Source of the DNA: Octopus vulgaris
Taxonomy: Eukaryota
Length of the DNA: 64,000 bases
NCBI GenBank assembly: GCA_951406725.2
Contig: OX597843.1
Coordinates: 8,246,001-8,310,000, forward strand
Direction: 5' to 3'
Shown here piece after piece: positions 13,681 to 29,225 of the stretch. A model generated the notes under the pieces. It was not told where the DNA came from. It saw only the letters and a program-made list of their open reading frames with translations, and did no database searches. The number at the start of each line of letters is the position of its first letter. Within the stretch, counting starts at the first letter, position 1. The translations under genes and the position numbers were made by a program.

Positions 13681-13766
13681 GGTGAACCTGAAGTATTGCA
13701 GCTGTTTCTGGGGTATCCAAGTGGTTAGTCAGCATGTATAGAAAGCCGTCTTGCAAGGTCGGTGAT
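13679..13766. mobile_element. Short TA-adjacent interspersed repeat (second copy at 18318-18405)
   Basis: ggtgaacctgaagt.ttgcagctgtttctggggtatccaagtggtt.gtcagcatgt.tagaaagccgtcttgcaaggtcggtga occurs twice, each time directly after (TA)n. Confidence 0.75.
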
Positions 13767-13840
13767 ATGATTCCCTAAAACGCTTAGGCATCGTACCTCT
13801 TTACATAGGTATGTATGTATGAATGAATGTACGTATGTGT

Positions 13841-13872
<32 letters not shown>

Positions 13873-14252
13873 ACGCGCGGCAATTAGAGATTCGCTGCCC
13901 TTCTTGCGCGTGAATGACCGTTCTTCTGCGTGTCTATGAGAATGAAGAGGGGGACGTGAGGCAAGGCACAAATCCTCAGTGTCACACCGTGAATGGCTAT
14001 TGTAAATGTAACACTCCACAACTTAACCCCTTTATGACCCAATACATATATTTACACACGAACTCACACACACACACACACACACACATATATACGTATA
14101 GTTGTATGTATCTATTAATGTCTCTGAGTCTACCTCTCTGTCTATCTGTCTGAGACTGTCTCTATTACGATCTTAGACGCATATCTCAGCATGTATGTAT
14201 GAAGAAATACATACATATATATATATGTATATATGTATATATGTATATATAT

Positions 14253-14290
<38 letters not shown>

Positions 14291-14635
14291 CACGTATTGT
14301 GTGTTTGTGTGTGTCTATATATATATATGTATGTATGTATGTATGTATACATATATATATGTATATATATATATATATATATTGCATGCAACAATTCATA
14401 TACATCCCCACTCATACATAAATACGTTCATTGTATACACGCGCATTTCTAGATATACACACACATACATAAATACGCACAAACATATATATGCAATTGT
14501 GGTTGGATGCATTGATATATACATATATATACAATTGAATATCAATGTATTTGTGTGTATGCACAATCATACTTGTATATATATATGTAAGTATGTATGT
14601 ATTTGTGTGTAGGTATATGTGCATATACATATATG

Positions 14636-14666
<31 letters not shown>

Positions 14667-14763
14667 TCTTTTGTATACACGTCTATGTATATATAAATCC
14701 ATTTATATGTATACACAAACACACGCTCACGCATACACGCATACGGACGCGTGCACATACATG

Positions 14764-14796
<33 letters not shown>

Positions 14797-15484
14797 TAAA
14801 CGTATATATTGTATATTTATACAGATATATTTATACACCCTTACGTCACCCCTTACATACACACAAGCAATATATAGATTCATGCGTATACAGTGCTTAA
14901 TAATTGGAGCATATTGTTGACAACTTTTCTGTATTTCTGAGCGTAGATAATTCATCTTGATACTGAGAAGAATGGTGAATTGAGCTGACTTTGTAAAGAA
15001 ACAGTCGCCATGTTCTTGGTGAAAAAGGTTATAGAGCTTACAGCTACGCTTCGCCTCCATTACAATGGACCGCGAATACGTTCGACTCTGTCTTCCATTT
15101 TGTTTGCGGGAAGGGAGTATTTTTTTCGTGTGTGTGCGTATGTGATTGTACGTGTACGTGTGTGTGTGTGCGTGAATCTTTGCCTTTTGTGACAGGGTGT
15201 TTGCGTGTGTCTGGATTGTTGTGTGTCGGGGTTTGCGTGTATGTATGTGTGTGTGTGTGGGGGGGGGGGCGTAGTTGTAGAGTGTTGTGCGAGTGTGAAT
15301 TTGTTATTTTTTTTCGTCTGTGTGTGTCTTCGTTACTTTAGTGAGTGTGTGAGCGCGTGCGCAACAACGTGTGTTTGTGTGTGTTGCTTGTTTCATTATT
15401 TCATTGTGTATGAGTAGATATATATGATTCTGTGTCAGTGTGAGTGTGTGTGAGTGTGAGTGTGCATGTGATTGTGTGTGCATG

Positions 15485-15687
<203 letters not shown>

Positions 15688-15715
15688 GTAGATTGAAAAC
15701 TTGTATGCTCAAGCA

Positions 15716-15749
<34 letters not shown>

Positions 15750-15754
<5 letters not shown>

Positions 15755-15867
15755 GAAAAATACAAACTGGAACAAGAACGTAAAACATTTAGAAGACTAT
15801 ACAAAAAACACGGACATTCGAAGCCTTCAATCTTCAGTCAAGAACCGGATCATCCTCGCAATTTCGG

Positions 15868-15872
<5 letters not shown>
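15750..15872. mobile_element. TA-embedded repeat family (second copy at 23390-23522; related piece at ~6700-6728)
   Basis: aaaaatacaaactgg.acaagaacgt.aaacatttagaagac.atacaaaaaacacg...ggacattcgaagccttcaatcttcagtcaagaaccggatcatc.tcgcaatttcggctgat, flanked by (TA)n in both copies. Confidence 0.8.
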
Positions 15873-15924
<52 letters not shown>

Positions 15925-15954
15925 GTATGTATGTATATGCATGTGTGTGTGTGT

Positions 15955-16180
15955 ATGTTTGTGTATCTGTGGTTGTCCCCCCAACATCACTTGACAACCG
16001 ATGCTGGTGTGTTTATGTCCCCGTAACTTAGCGGTTCAGCAAAAGAGAACCGATAGAACAAGTACTAGGATTAGAAAGAATAGGTCCTGGGGGGTCGATT
16101 TGCACGACTAAAACAGGCGGTACTCCAGCATGGCCACAATCAAATGTCGGAAACAAGTAAAGGAAAGTAAAAGAGAGAGT
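15955..16180 (+). mobile_element. SINE B 3' module
   Basis: Matches 13195-13404. Confidence 0.85.
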
Positions 16181-16430
16181 AAAGCCCAAAACAAAACAAT
16201 ACCAATGATGACAGAAACGTTAGCAATGACAATAACAACAACAGCAAAAACAAAAACAAAAACAGCAGCAGCAGCAGCAGCAGTAGCAGCGGCGGCGGTT
16301 GCGTGGGCGTCGGTGGCGACATCCGTGGCGGCGGCAAAAAACCACGATAGCAAAGACGCCAGAAGTTCCAAGGCGTTAATAGCGGAAAAACCTACCGACT
16401 AAAGATTTTCGACCAGAAGTCTTTGAGCGA

Positions 16431-16485
<55 letters not shown>

Positions 16486-16582
16486 ATATACGTCTGTGTG
16501 TGTGTGTGTAAAATGTTTTTGTGTTTTTGTAGTTTTTTCTTTCTGTTGCTTTTATTCGTATATATATATATATATATGTAGG

Positions 16583-16664
<82 letters not shown>

Positions 16665-16762
16665 TATATATAGATATACGTATATATCTATATACTTAAA
16701 TATACGTTTATATATTATGGATATTGTGTATAAGATATACATATGCATACACACAAACACAT

Positions 16763-16834
<72 letters not shown>

Positions 16835-16988
16835 ATATATATATATATATATTTACTATATTTACATACATATATACGTACACACATGAACACACACATA
16901 TATATATTATATATATAGATATTTACGTATGTGTATATATGTATATACATATACATATATGCCCGCACAAAAATATATATTAGCACAC

Positions 16989-17019
<31 letters not shown>

Positions 17020-17367
17020 CATATGTGTGTGTGCGTGTCTGCGCGCGCGGGTGTGTGTGTGTGTGTGTGTGTGTGTGTACACACGTATGTTAACGACTGA
17101 TTAGGCAGAAGGCCATTCCTGGAATGAGAACAGACACTAATGTAGGAGCTCTGACATATTACGGAAACGTGGCCAGCTGGGGTTATATGGAAGGTCAAAT
17201 AACATCTCACTTTTTACAGCTAGTTACAATCAACTGTGTGTGTGTGTGTGTGTGTTTATGTGTGTGTGTGTGTAAGTAGGTGCGCCCTTGCTTAAATATT
17301 GTATGCATGCGTACATACATATTTACCTATAAAACTGCATCTATGTCTACCTATCTTATAATATATA

Positions 17368-17407
<40 letters not shown>

Positions 17408-17469
17408 GAGAGAGAGAGAAAGAGTGTGTGTGTGAGAGAGAAGGAGAGAAAAGGAGAGGAAGAGGTAAA

Positions 17470-17975
<506 letters not shown>

Positions 17976-18032
17976 GTCAGGCAATCAGTCAGATAAAGGT
18001 AAACACACACAGAGAAAGAGAGAGAAAACAGA

Positions 18033-18236
18033 TGTGTGTCTGTGTTTGTCCCTCCAATATCGCTTGACCACCGATGCTGCTGTGCTTACGTCCCCGTAAT
18101 TTGGCGGTTCGGCAAAAGAGTCCGATAGAATAAGTACTAGGCCTACAAAGAATAAGTCCTGGGGGTCGATTTGCTCGACTGAAAGGCGGTGCTCCAGCAT
18201 GGCCACAGTCAAATGACTGAAACAAGTAAAAGAGAA
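18033..18236 (+). mobile_element. SINE B 3' module
   Basis: Matches 13195-13404. Confidence 0.85.
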
Positions 18237-18238
18237 AA

Positions 18239-18319
<81 letters not shown>

Positions 18320-18424
18320 GGTGAACCTGAAGTCTTGCAGCTGTTTCTGGGGTATCCAAGTGGTTGGTCAGCATGTGTAGAAAGCCGTCTTGCAAGGTCG
18401 GTGAGTAAAAGAGTAAAAGAGTAA

Positions 18425-18700
18425 TGGTTTGGAAGAGAGTTCCAAAGCCTGGCGGTCCAAAGCAAAACGCTATGACCATAGAAATACTGACTCGTGGAAG
18501 CATAACAGAATTTGGATGAAGGTTTTGGGTTTCGTATCAGGCGAGATGACACGATTTGATCTGGAATTATGGGACCAAGTTCATCAGAGCACTTCCTGTG
18601 GCAGTAACCATAGAATGGACTGAGACTGGTGACGTCACATCGATGTGACAAGTGATTGCAGAGATGCATAACGAGATGGACCAATCGAATTAAAGACTGT
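18425..18700 (-). pseudogene. Degenerate Jockey/CR1-group LINE ORF2 C-terminal relic
   Basis: Reads LSHRCDVTSLSPFYGYCHRKCSDELGPIIP...TARLWNSLP, matching L.HRR.VASL..FYRY..G.CS.EL...IP ... T.RLWNSLP. Confidence 0.7.
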
Positions 18701-18778
18701 CTTCCGAGTCCAGTGTCACACGAGAAAGATGAAAATTCGTCCCAATAGCAGCAGCAGCCAAGCGGCATTTAAATGAAG

Positions 18779-19009
18779 GCGGCGAGCTGGCAGAAACGTT
18801 AGCATGCCGGGCGAAATGCGTAGCCGTATATCGTCTGCAGCTATGTTCTGAGTTCAAATTCCGCCGAGGTCGACTTTACCTTTCATTCTTTCGGTCGATT
18901 AAATAAGTACCAGTTACGCACTGGGGTCGATATAATCGACTTAATCCGTTTGTCTGTCCTTGTTTGTCCACTCTGTGTTTAGCCCCTTGTGGGTAGTAAA
19001 GAAATAGGT
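18779..19009 (+). mobile_element. Full-length tRNA-derived SINE family A with 12-bp target-site duplication
   Basis: Pol III A-box-like tggcagaaacgt and B-box gagttcaaattcc. atttaaatgaag is duplicated at 18767-18778 and 19010-19021. Confidence 0.9.
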
Positions 19010-19021
19010 ATTTAAATGAAG

Positions 19022-19255
19022 ATGCTGGAGTTACGAGTCAGGTGAGATGGCACAAAGTATTCTGGAACTAAGAGAGGCAGTTCAGCAGAGCAATTCCTGC
19101 GGCAATAACGATATAGAAAAAAACCCCAAAAAACTAAGGGTGGTGACGTCGCATGAATGCGGCGAATGGTAGAAACAAGAGAAGGGCCTATCAAATAAAA
19201 GACTCGTTTCTAAAGCCGTCGAGGAGATCCAAGGCACTGCCGCTGCAAACCCGAT
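19022..19255 (-). pseudogene. Second degenerate Jockey/CR1-group ORF2 relic
   Basis: LYRYCRRNCSAELPLLVP, homologous to the same motif as 18425-18700. Confidence 0.55.
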
Positions 19256-19261
19256 TGTGGA

Positions 19262-19262
19262 A

Positions 19263-19297
<35 letters not shown>

Positions 19298-19712
19298 ATT
19301 TGGCTCAAAAGCAAATAGCAAGGCCATGTAGGGGGACATGGAGTTAAGTACAGGGTGGTGTTCATGTAAAGAGTTCAGGCCACTTGTGGTCGAGGGAGAC
19401 TTTGAACCGAGCGATCGTCGGCATCTTCACCATCTCGTCTGGCAGCTTGTTCCACGGATCCGCAACCCGGACGGAGAAAGCTCCTCTCCTTCGATTGAGA
19501 TGAAATCGTCGCAGGTAGAGCTTTTCGGAATGACCCCGCAGCCGACGCTCTAGAGCAGGAGTGAAGAACAGCTCTTTCAAGAGGTTACACTTTCCGCTTA
19601 TGATGCTGTGGGCGAGAATGAGATCACCACGGCGGCGGCGTTTTTCTAGAGAATAAAGGTCGAGCGTCCTCAGCCTTTCTTCATAGGACAAATTTTTGAG
19701 ACCATGAACCAT
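19262..19712 (-). mobile_element. CR1 LINE 3' end (ORF2 C-terminus, short 3' UTR, (TAAC)n tail)
   Basis: VHGLKNLSYEERLRTLDLYSLEKRRRRGDLI...LRGHSEKL...RRGAFSVRVADPWNKLP...FKVSLD is a classic CR1 C-terminus. UTR hairpin ccatgt-cccct-acatgg. Tandem TAAC tail at 19262-19298. Confidence 0.92.
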
Positions 19713-20240
19713 TGATATTTTCTTCAGTACCATACAAAACTGAAGCAATAATGATGGCCAAGAAGGCGAAATTTGTGACGTTATATAAGCAGACGACAAT
19801 GAAAAAACACTCCACGACTTCGGCCATTTTGTGTGAAAACAAATATGGCAGATTGTAAAGTGAGTTGTTAAACATTACAAACAATCCCATGATGCTTCAT
19901 CGATTGAATTGGAAATCGGGTATTGTGTAATCTGTAACCAATAGCAACCAGTGTTTGGATCCATAAAAGTCCCATCGAAATACAACGGAAATAAGAGAGC
20001 AAAACAACAACAAAAAGAACAAAGGCAAAAACAAAGAGAAAATGTCCGTACACTTTTGCGTGCGTGCATGTATACACATACATATCCATACATAAATACA
20101 TACAGTACGCATATACATATGTAGATTTAAATACATACATACAGGCACATACGCACACATACATTCATAGAATACGTTCATACATACACACAGACATATA
20201 TAAGACGTACATTTATACCCTACACACAATACATACATAT

Positions 20241-20278
<38 letters not shown>

Positions 20279-20494
20279 GCACACATATACATACACAAAC
20301 ATATGCATATACAGATATTACACACACATATATATATACATACACGCGCATACATATATACGCACACACGCATACACGTATACATACTCACATACACACA
20401 TCCGTACATACATACACGCACCCACATTTACATACAGACATATACATACACACACTTATAAAATCCAGGCGAATACATACACACGTACATTATA

Positions 20495-21250
20495 CATACA
20501 CATACATCCATATATACTCATGCACAACAACATACACAGATAGATACACACATATATACATATATACCTACATACACAAACACATACATACACACACATA
20601 TATATATACACACGTACAAATATATATATGCGTACAACCAGACATACATTCTTACATATATACATAGATATATACATACATACACACTCACATACATATA
20701 TACATACATATATACATATATATATATACATACACACGCACATATACATACACATACATCCATATATACTCATGCGCAACAACATACACAGATAGATACA
20801 CACATATATACATATATACCTACATACACAAACACATACATACACACACATATATATATACACACGTACAAATATATATATGCGTACAACCAGACATACA
20901 TTCTTACATATATACATAGATATATACATACATACACACTCACATACATATATACATACATATATACATATATATATATACATACACACGCACATATACA
21001 TACACATACATCCATATATACTCATGTACAACAACATAGACAGATAGATATACACATACATACATATATACCCACATACACAAATACATACATACACACA
21101 CATATATATACACACGTATAAATATATACATGCATAGAACCAGACATACATTCTTACATATACACATACATATATACATATATATATATACATACACACA
21201 CATACACATACACAATACAAACACACACATATACATGCATACACACTCAC
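20495..21250. repeat. 252-bp tandem repeat (~3 units) built from degenerate CA/TA sequence
   Basis: Identical ORF translations at 20518-20763 and 20770-21015 give the 252-bp period. The third unit is diverged. Confidence 0.85.
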
Positions 21251-21527
21251 ATACATATATACATATATATATATACATACACAAATACATACACATACAC
21301 AATACATACATACACACATACACTCACATCCCGTACGAGTGGTTGTTCAGGCTAACACCAGAAATAGCTGCAGACAATCATATCCCACCGAGTTTCCAAA
21401 ACGGAAGGATATGGGGGTGGGATGGAGGCGGGGTTAAAGAGGGTTCCTATATTTGGTTTCTAGGTCAGTAAAGGAAGCAGGGCAAGAAGTGCCGACCCCT
21501 ACACACACACACATACACACAAAAATA

Positions 21528-21578
<51 letters not shown>

Positions 21579-21639
21579 TTTGTGGTTATAGAACCTAGCT
21601 GTTCTTTCTAGCGTGTTGAATCCCAGAGTGGATTCCTTA

Positions 21640-21694
<55 letters not shown>

Positions 21695-22136
21695 ATATAT
21701 ACTTATAAGTATGAATGTGTGCATGTACATGAATGTATGTGTGTATGTCTGTATGTATTTATGTATGTTTGTATGTACGTAGCTATGTATACACATATAT
21801 ATATATATATATATATAATATATATGAATGAATGTATGTAAGTATGTAACTATGTATGTATATATGCATGTGTGTATGTGCGTGTGTGTATGATCTATGT
21901 ATGTCAACCTCCAATTCATCTCCGCTCGAAGCACTATTTTGACACTATCTCATTTCTCTCTTTTTTTCTCTGCCTGAGTGCCTCACTGCCTGCCTATCTC
22001 TCGGTCACTCTATATGTATGTTTGTATGCATGTATCTATGTATGTATATATATGTGTATGCATGCATGTATCACTCTATCTATCTATCTATCTATCTATT
22101 TGTCTATCTATCTAGATATCTATCTCTCTGTCAACA

Positions 22137-22386
22137 GAATACAAATCGGTTACGGGGGCAAATATTGACCCGGAAAAGTCAGCCAGCTTGTGGCTCGGCA
22201 CCTGGAGAAGCAAGCCTCTGCCGTCCAACAGCGTCTCCATCGTGGGACGATGAACCGACGGGCCGCTTAAATTGCTCAGGGTCTGGTTCGGTCGAGACCT
22301 ACAAATGTAGAATTACGATGAGATAACGTGCAGTGTGGTCACTTTCACCCAGCTGTGGGCCGAGAGGAAGCTATCTCTAAATGGTC
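22137..22386 (+). pseudogene. Tx1/L1-clade reverse transcriptase relic
   Basis: EYKSVTGANIDPEKSASLWLGTW...*TDGPLKLLRVWFG...*NYDEI...LWAERKLSLNG, matching Y..SGA.IN..KS...LG.W...K.LGV.F...W..R.LSL.G. Two in-frame stops. Confidence 0.75.
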
Positions 22387-23012
22387 ATCTGCTACCCTCT
22401 GACCATCGTGCCTTGTCTCGATCCTACAATCACGCATCCGCTTTTTGTGGAGGATAGTCGAAAGACTCCTTCTGTTGTTTGCTTTTTTGTTTTCGTATAT
22501 GTACATTCGTTTGCCTTGCCCAGGACCTTAATGCTTTTAGCTTAAGTCCCTGGCCCAGCCGGTTTCGAGTAGCATCGGAGATAAGTGAGCGAAACTGTGT
22601 GGACATTCTGAACCTCGACTGAAGAGGCAATTGGCTGCGAATGATCGGTGTATATTGTTTTGTCCTGCTTGCCGTTGTCATGCTATCATTTCCCCACCGC
22701 ATTTTGTGTTTTGACGGTTTCCGTTTATTGTACATTTTCTGTTTTACCTTTGATTTATATAAGTGACACTTGAAATAAAACTTTCGATTCAATAACACCG
22801 TTTACAAACTCTATGCTTGGAATGACCAATTTTAAATATTATTGGAACTTACTCACAAGGTATAGGAATCTTATATGTATACCATTCTGCCTAAATAATG
22901 GAACTGCAGATGCAATATCCCTGCATATCTCACGTCTATTTTCATTCCTCCACTTCACTCTCTATTTCATATCTTATCTAGAATAACTTTTGCTTAACCC
23001 TTCTCTCACACC

Positions 23013-23060
23013 GTCTCTGATGAAGGGATATATAAAATATCCCGGAAACAGCTGTAAGCC
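23013..23060 (+). ncRNA. Minimal type I hammerhead motif with palindromic stem III
   Basis: gucu-CUGAUGA-A-GGGAUAU auaaa AUAUCCC-G-GAAA-CAGCUG-UA-agcc. The 3' half recurs at ~40968-40992 (uauccuuGAAACAGCUGUAcgac). Confidence 0.65.
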
Positions 23061-23190
23061 GGAAACAGACCTTCTCTTTATAAATGTTCTGAAATCTTTC
23101 ACAGCCTTGGATTTTTATCTCATTCTGTTAAGTATATGTGTGTGTGTGTATATATATATATGTATATATATGTATATAGAGAGAGATGGT

Positions 23191-23242
<52 letters not shown>

Positions 23243-23276
23243 TATTTATATATACATACATACATATATACATACA

Positions 23277-23392
<116 letters not shown>

Positions 23393-23520
23393 AATGTCAA
23401 AAAATACAAACTGGGACAAGAACGTGAAACATTTAGAAGACGATACAAAAAACACGAACGGGACATTCGAAGCCTTCAATCTTCAGTCAAGAACCGGATC
23501 ATCTTCGCAATTTCGGCTGA

Positions 23521-23573
<53 letters not shown>

Positions 23574-23950
23574 GGCAGCTGAGAGTAGCTGAAGATGGTT
23601 ATGGTTGATAAGGCACCGGTAAAATAGCAAAACAAAGATTGAAGATGACCATCATCATCATCACTACAACAAACCATCACAAAAAGTCACCACCATCACC
23701 GCTGTGCGATTCTCTATATTTCTCTATTTCTCCCTCTAACTCTCCCTCTCTCTCACTCCCACTCTCTCTCTCTCCCCCACACACACACAAACACTCTCTC
23801 TCTTTCTTTCACACAATTTCGCTTTCCCGAATACGTCGCTATCGTCACGTCAAACACTTTTTAAAAAAAAACTAGCGTTGCTTCTTACAACGTCACAAAG
23901 TGTCGGCTGACATGAAGATTGGCGCGAAAAGAAAAGAATGGGAAAATAGC

Positions 23951-23984
<34 letters not shown>

Positions 23985-24067
23985 TTAGCAACAGCATTAG
24001 CAACAGCAATCACAGCAACAGTATTAATAGCGACAATATCAACCGAAGCATGAATAACAGCTTAGAC

Positions 24068-24248
<181 letters not shown>

Positions 24249-24531
24249 CACATATATATATATTCATATATATATATATGCAAATGAAGGCGATATGGTA
24301 CATGTAGACTTAAACACACACATAGAACATGTACTTGCACATATACAGACACACAGAGGAACTGAGGCGGAGAGAGAAAAAGGGGCGAAAGAAAGACTCA
24401 CATACATCCCAATACACTTATATACACACACATACACACCTCACACACAACCACACACCTACATGCACACAAAAGATATATATATATACACACAGGTCAA
24501 AGATATACATATACACACTCACTTATAAAGG

Positions 24532-24603
<72 letters not shown>

Positions 24604-25060
24604 CCACAAATATAAAGGATGTATATGTATATATAAGCACATCTGTACACATATAAATGCAGGATGACGAAGGGAAAAAGAGAGAGAAAGAATGAGAGAG
24701 AGATTATAAGAAAGAGAGATCCCGGCACACACAAACACACTAACGCACGTATGCTTATATACACATACGACGCCAAATCACGTATGTACACTTAAAATGG
24801 AGACAGAGAGAGGGTGGAGAGGGAAATAGTGAGAGATGGGGAGAAGGAGAGGGAGAGGTAGGGAGCTGGTGAGAGAAAGAAGGGCAGTTGCCGGCACCAG
24901 TACATGATCGCACGATTGCAAATACACATATATATACAAATATACGCAGATATGAATATCCACACACGTTTACGAAGCACTCACATACACACATCCATCC
25001 ATACACGCTTTTAGACGACATGGAGAGATAGAGAGAAGCAAGAGAGAGACAAATAGAGAG

Positions 25061-25095
<35 letters not shown>

Positions 25096-25137
25096 TTGAT
25101 ACGGTCAGACGTACAAATACACACACATCACTTACGA

Positions 25138-25174
<37 letters not shown>

Positions 25175-25667
25175 CGTATGTATACATACATGAATACCAA
25201 GCCCTTCTCACTTGTGTACACATTTAAACACAGAAAAAGAAGAGAGAGATAGGGAGAGAGGGAGAGAGAGGCAGGGAGACCGTCAGACAGACAATTACAT
25301 ATACATACACACATATATACAAGTGCATGACTAACAAACGTTCTTCACACACATATACATTTAGACACACAGACTCAGAGAGGAAGCAAGAGAGATAGAT
25401 AGAGAGAGAGGGAGAGAGAGAGAAAGAAAGAGAATGACAGACAGACACGTATACTCACACACATACACACACACACACACACACATACACACACACACAC
25501 ACACATTTGACTGAAATAATACAATAACATTTTCACTTATTCGCCTATTGACTCAATGTGTAAACAAGAAAACATAACGAAAACAGCAAAAAATACAACA
25601 TAAAAAATACTGTATATACATAATATAATATACATGCGCATAAATACATACATACACACACATATAA

Positions 25668-25715
<48 letters not shown>

Positions 25716-26114
25716 GTATATATATGTTTGTGTCTCTCCATATACGTGTATGTGTTTGCGAGCGTATTTATAACAAGACTTTATGGCTAAAAGCCGCCAT
25801 CTTTTAACATGGCCGTCCGCTTTACGTTCGAGAGCTATCGATTCTGTGTTTACCTCGTAAATTTTTTTTAGTCTTTTTCCTCTTATTTTTTTTTTTAAAC
25901 TCTATTTGCTCCAGTCCTTTTTCTACTTTCACTTTCACTTTCACTTTCTTCCCCCCTCTCTCTCTCTGTTTTTCTTTCTTTTGTTTTTTTTCTTGATCGC
26001 CTGCTTTCTTTCTTTCTGGTTTGTCTCTCGTCACTTTCAGCTCGTTACTGTTTGTTCATATTGTCGATGATCTTATTTTTGTTCATTAATACATTCATTC
26101 GCTTTTGTTTGCTG

Positions 26115-26196
<82 letters not shown>

Positions 26197-26240
26197 GATG
26201 TATCCATCGATCGATCGATCTATTTATCTTGTCTGTCTTC

Positions 26241-26295
<55 letters not shown>

Positions 26296-26543
26296 CCTAT
26301 CTATCAATCAATCTATCTATCTATTTATCTATCTATCTATATGCCTATCTATCTATCTGTTTGTTTGTTGGTCTATCTATCTATCAGTTTGTCTAAATAT
26401 ACACCTCTCTCTATTTATGTATCTATCTAACCATTCATCCATCCATCTATCATTTTATCTATCCATCTATCTGTCAATCTATCTGTCGATCTGTCTAGTT
26501 ATTTATCTCTCTAAGTCACTCATTTTCTTGCTCGTTCCCTCTG

Positions 26544-26587
<44 letters not shown>

Positions 26588-26671
26588 AACACACATATAT
26601 ACAAACATACTCACCACTGCGGGCACACACACACACACGCGCGCACACACATACACACAGAATTATATATA

Positions 26672-26822
26672 TACGACGGGTTTCTTTCAGTTTCTGTCGT
26701 CCAAATCCACTCAGAAGTCTTTGGTAGGACGAAGGCTATAGTAGAAGACACTTGCCCAAGGTGCCACGCAGTGGAACTGAATCCGGAAGCAAACTTTTTG
26801 CAACAGAACTACTCCTGTGCCT
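26672..26822 (-). mobile_element. SINE B head
   Basis: acgacgggtttctttcagtttc...gaagacacttgcccaaggtgccacgcagtggaactgaa. Confidence 0.85.
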
Positions 26823-27225
26823 AAAAATTCAAAAAATTCATATAATTTCAGCTCTGTAAACTAAAGCAACAATTCATGTTTAGTAACATTGATCCGGGAA
26901 TGTCTTTGCCTGAAGAAACACAAGCAAGTCGAAACAACGTGATATCTCCCATTTAGCTTTCCTTGTTTATCAAAGAGGTATTACAACAGCGGTTAGCATA
27001 GACACGCTCGAATCTGCCGGAACATATTAAAAATGAATATGTACGCCAACCTTGAGGCGTTTTGGAACATATACCGACTAAAATAGCATGCAGGTACGCG
27101 TTTGCGTGTGTGCACGCGTATGTGTGTGTGCACGTGTGTGTGAGTTGTGTGTGTGTGCTGTGTGTGTGTGTATGTTGTGTGTTGTGTGTGTGTGTTTATG
27201 CTTATGCACATTTATATATATGTCT

Positions 27226-27424
27226 TCACTACCCACAAGGGGCTAAACACAGAGGGGACAAACAAGGACAGACAAAGGGATTAAGTCGATTACATCGACC
27301 CCAGTGCGAAACTGGTACTTTATTTATCGACCCCGAAAGGATGAAAGGCAAAGTCGACCTCGGCGGAATTTGAACTCAGAACGTAACGACAGACGAAATA
27401 CCGCTTTTCATTTCGCCCGGCGAA
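27226..27424 (-). mobile_element. SINE family A copy
   Basis: Reverse complement of the 18779-19009 body. Confidence 0.88.
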
Positions 27425-28296
27425 ATGGAAATAGGTGAAAATTCCTCCTCTATTTTCACCTATTACCTTCATCTTTTCTCTTTCTCTTCCCTCTCTCAAA
27501 CTCTCTCTCGTTCTCGCTCTCTCTCTCTCTACCCTATAATCCCCATATCTTTATTTTATATCAGTTCCATCCATTCCTTCTCTCTCCCTCTTTTCTCTTT
27601 CACTCCTCTCTCTAAATTTCTCATCCATTCTTCTCTCTTTTGCCCTTCCCTCTCTTCTCCTTTCTTCCCTCTCTCGCATTTTCGTCTTCCGATCTTTGCC
27701 CCCCCCCCTCTCTCTCTCTCTCTCTTTCTTTCACACTCTCACATTCACATTATCTCTCTCTCACTGTCCATCTATACATTACTCAATAATCCCTCTCAAT
27801 ATCTCTCCCTTCTATCATCATAAGTTTCCTATCCTTCTCTCTCCTCTTCGCTCCTTCACCTTAATTCTTTCCCCTCTCTCCCTTCATCTCCGTCTCTCTC
27901 TCTCATTCTTTCTCTCTCTCTCTGTGTTTCTCTGTTTCTCTCTCTCTCCCTGTTTCTCTCTCTTTCTCTCTCTTTTTCACTTTTCGGCCATTTTCCCATC
28001 CGCCTTTGTTCACAACAAAACATTATAATAGACGCCATTTTACAGATATTAAAATTGTAACAAAAGATATCTCGAACATTCGGCATTTATTAACAGAAAT
28101 GTCAAATACATACACACATCATACACATTATAGCTCACACATTATACGCACATACTGTACGCATACGAGTCCGAAAGGTGTGTAGAATGTGTCGTACACG
28201 TGCATACATGCGAACGCGCATACGCGGCTTGTTTTTGAGCGAACATTAATCAAGAAGGGCACAGACAGAAAAATGAAATAATTTACAAAATAAAAC

Positions 28297-28372
<76 letters not shown>

Positions 28373-28398
28373 TAATAATAATAATAATAATAATAATG

Positions 28399-28432
<34 letters not shown>

Positions 28433-28443
28433 TAATAATAATG

Positions 28444-28496
<53 letters not shown>

Positions 28497-28506
28497 CATA
28501 GTAATG

Positions 28507-28578
<72 letters not shown>

Positions 28579-28606
28579 TATAATAATAATAATAATAATA
28601 ATAGTA

Positions 28607-28679
<73 letters not shown>

Positions 28680-28681
<2 letters not shown>

Positions 28682-29200
28682 TGTAACGATTCTGTAGGAC
28701 TTTCCAGTACATACAGACCGAACCATCGAAGCCAATAAACCAGATATTGTTGTGAAAGACCAAAACAATAAAGTTTGCTTATTGATCGACATGAGCATCC
28801 CCTGTGATCATAACATCTCAGCGAAAGAGTTTGACAAGCTCAGAAAATATAAAGACCTGCTCATTGAAATTGAGAAAATGTGGCATCTCAAAGCGGTTAC
28901 AATACCAGTGATCGTAGGAGCACTAGGAATGATCAAGAAGGGAACCGAAAATTATATGAGAATGTTCCCTGCAAGAAGTGCAAAAGATTGTCTTAACTGG
29001 TACATCACACGTATTGAGAAGAGCATTGTCGATGTGAGAACTATTACTACCCATGTATTTTAATTTAAATTAAGAAAAAAAATGAACGAATTATTGAGTT
29101 TAGTTTAATGGCCTACCAATGTATACTATGAGTTTCTTTGCCCTAGGAGTCGGGAAGACACTCGGCAAGAAATGGAAGCAAATTTGAAAGAAGAAAAAAA
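28680..29200 (+). mobile_element. Dong/R4-clade element 3' portion: RLE (PD-D) endonuclease plus 3' UTR
   Basis: NVTIL*DFPVHTDRTIEANKPDIVVKDQNNKVCLLIDMSIP...KLRKYKDLLIEIEKMW...IPVIVGALG, then a frameshift to LQEVQKIVLTGTSHVLRRALSM*. Flanked by (AAT)n. Confidence 0.9.
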
Positions 29201-29225
29201 ATAATAATAACAATAATAATAATAA

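Noticed and set aside
14683-15192. Possible host exon in unique sequence
   Set aside because: No recognisable protein similarity or convincing splice pair; small exons cannot be excluded without RNA-seq.
19262-19298. (TTAG)n as a telomere-like repeat
   Set aside because: It is the (TAAC)n 3' tail of the adjacent CR1 element.
26908-26945. CUGAAGA...GAAAC hammerhead-like match
   Set aside because: No stem I, a mismatched stem II and a GUG triplet; at best a dead remnant.
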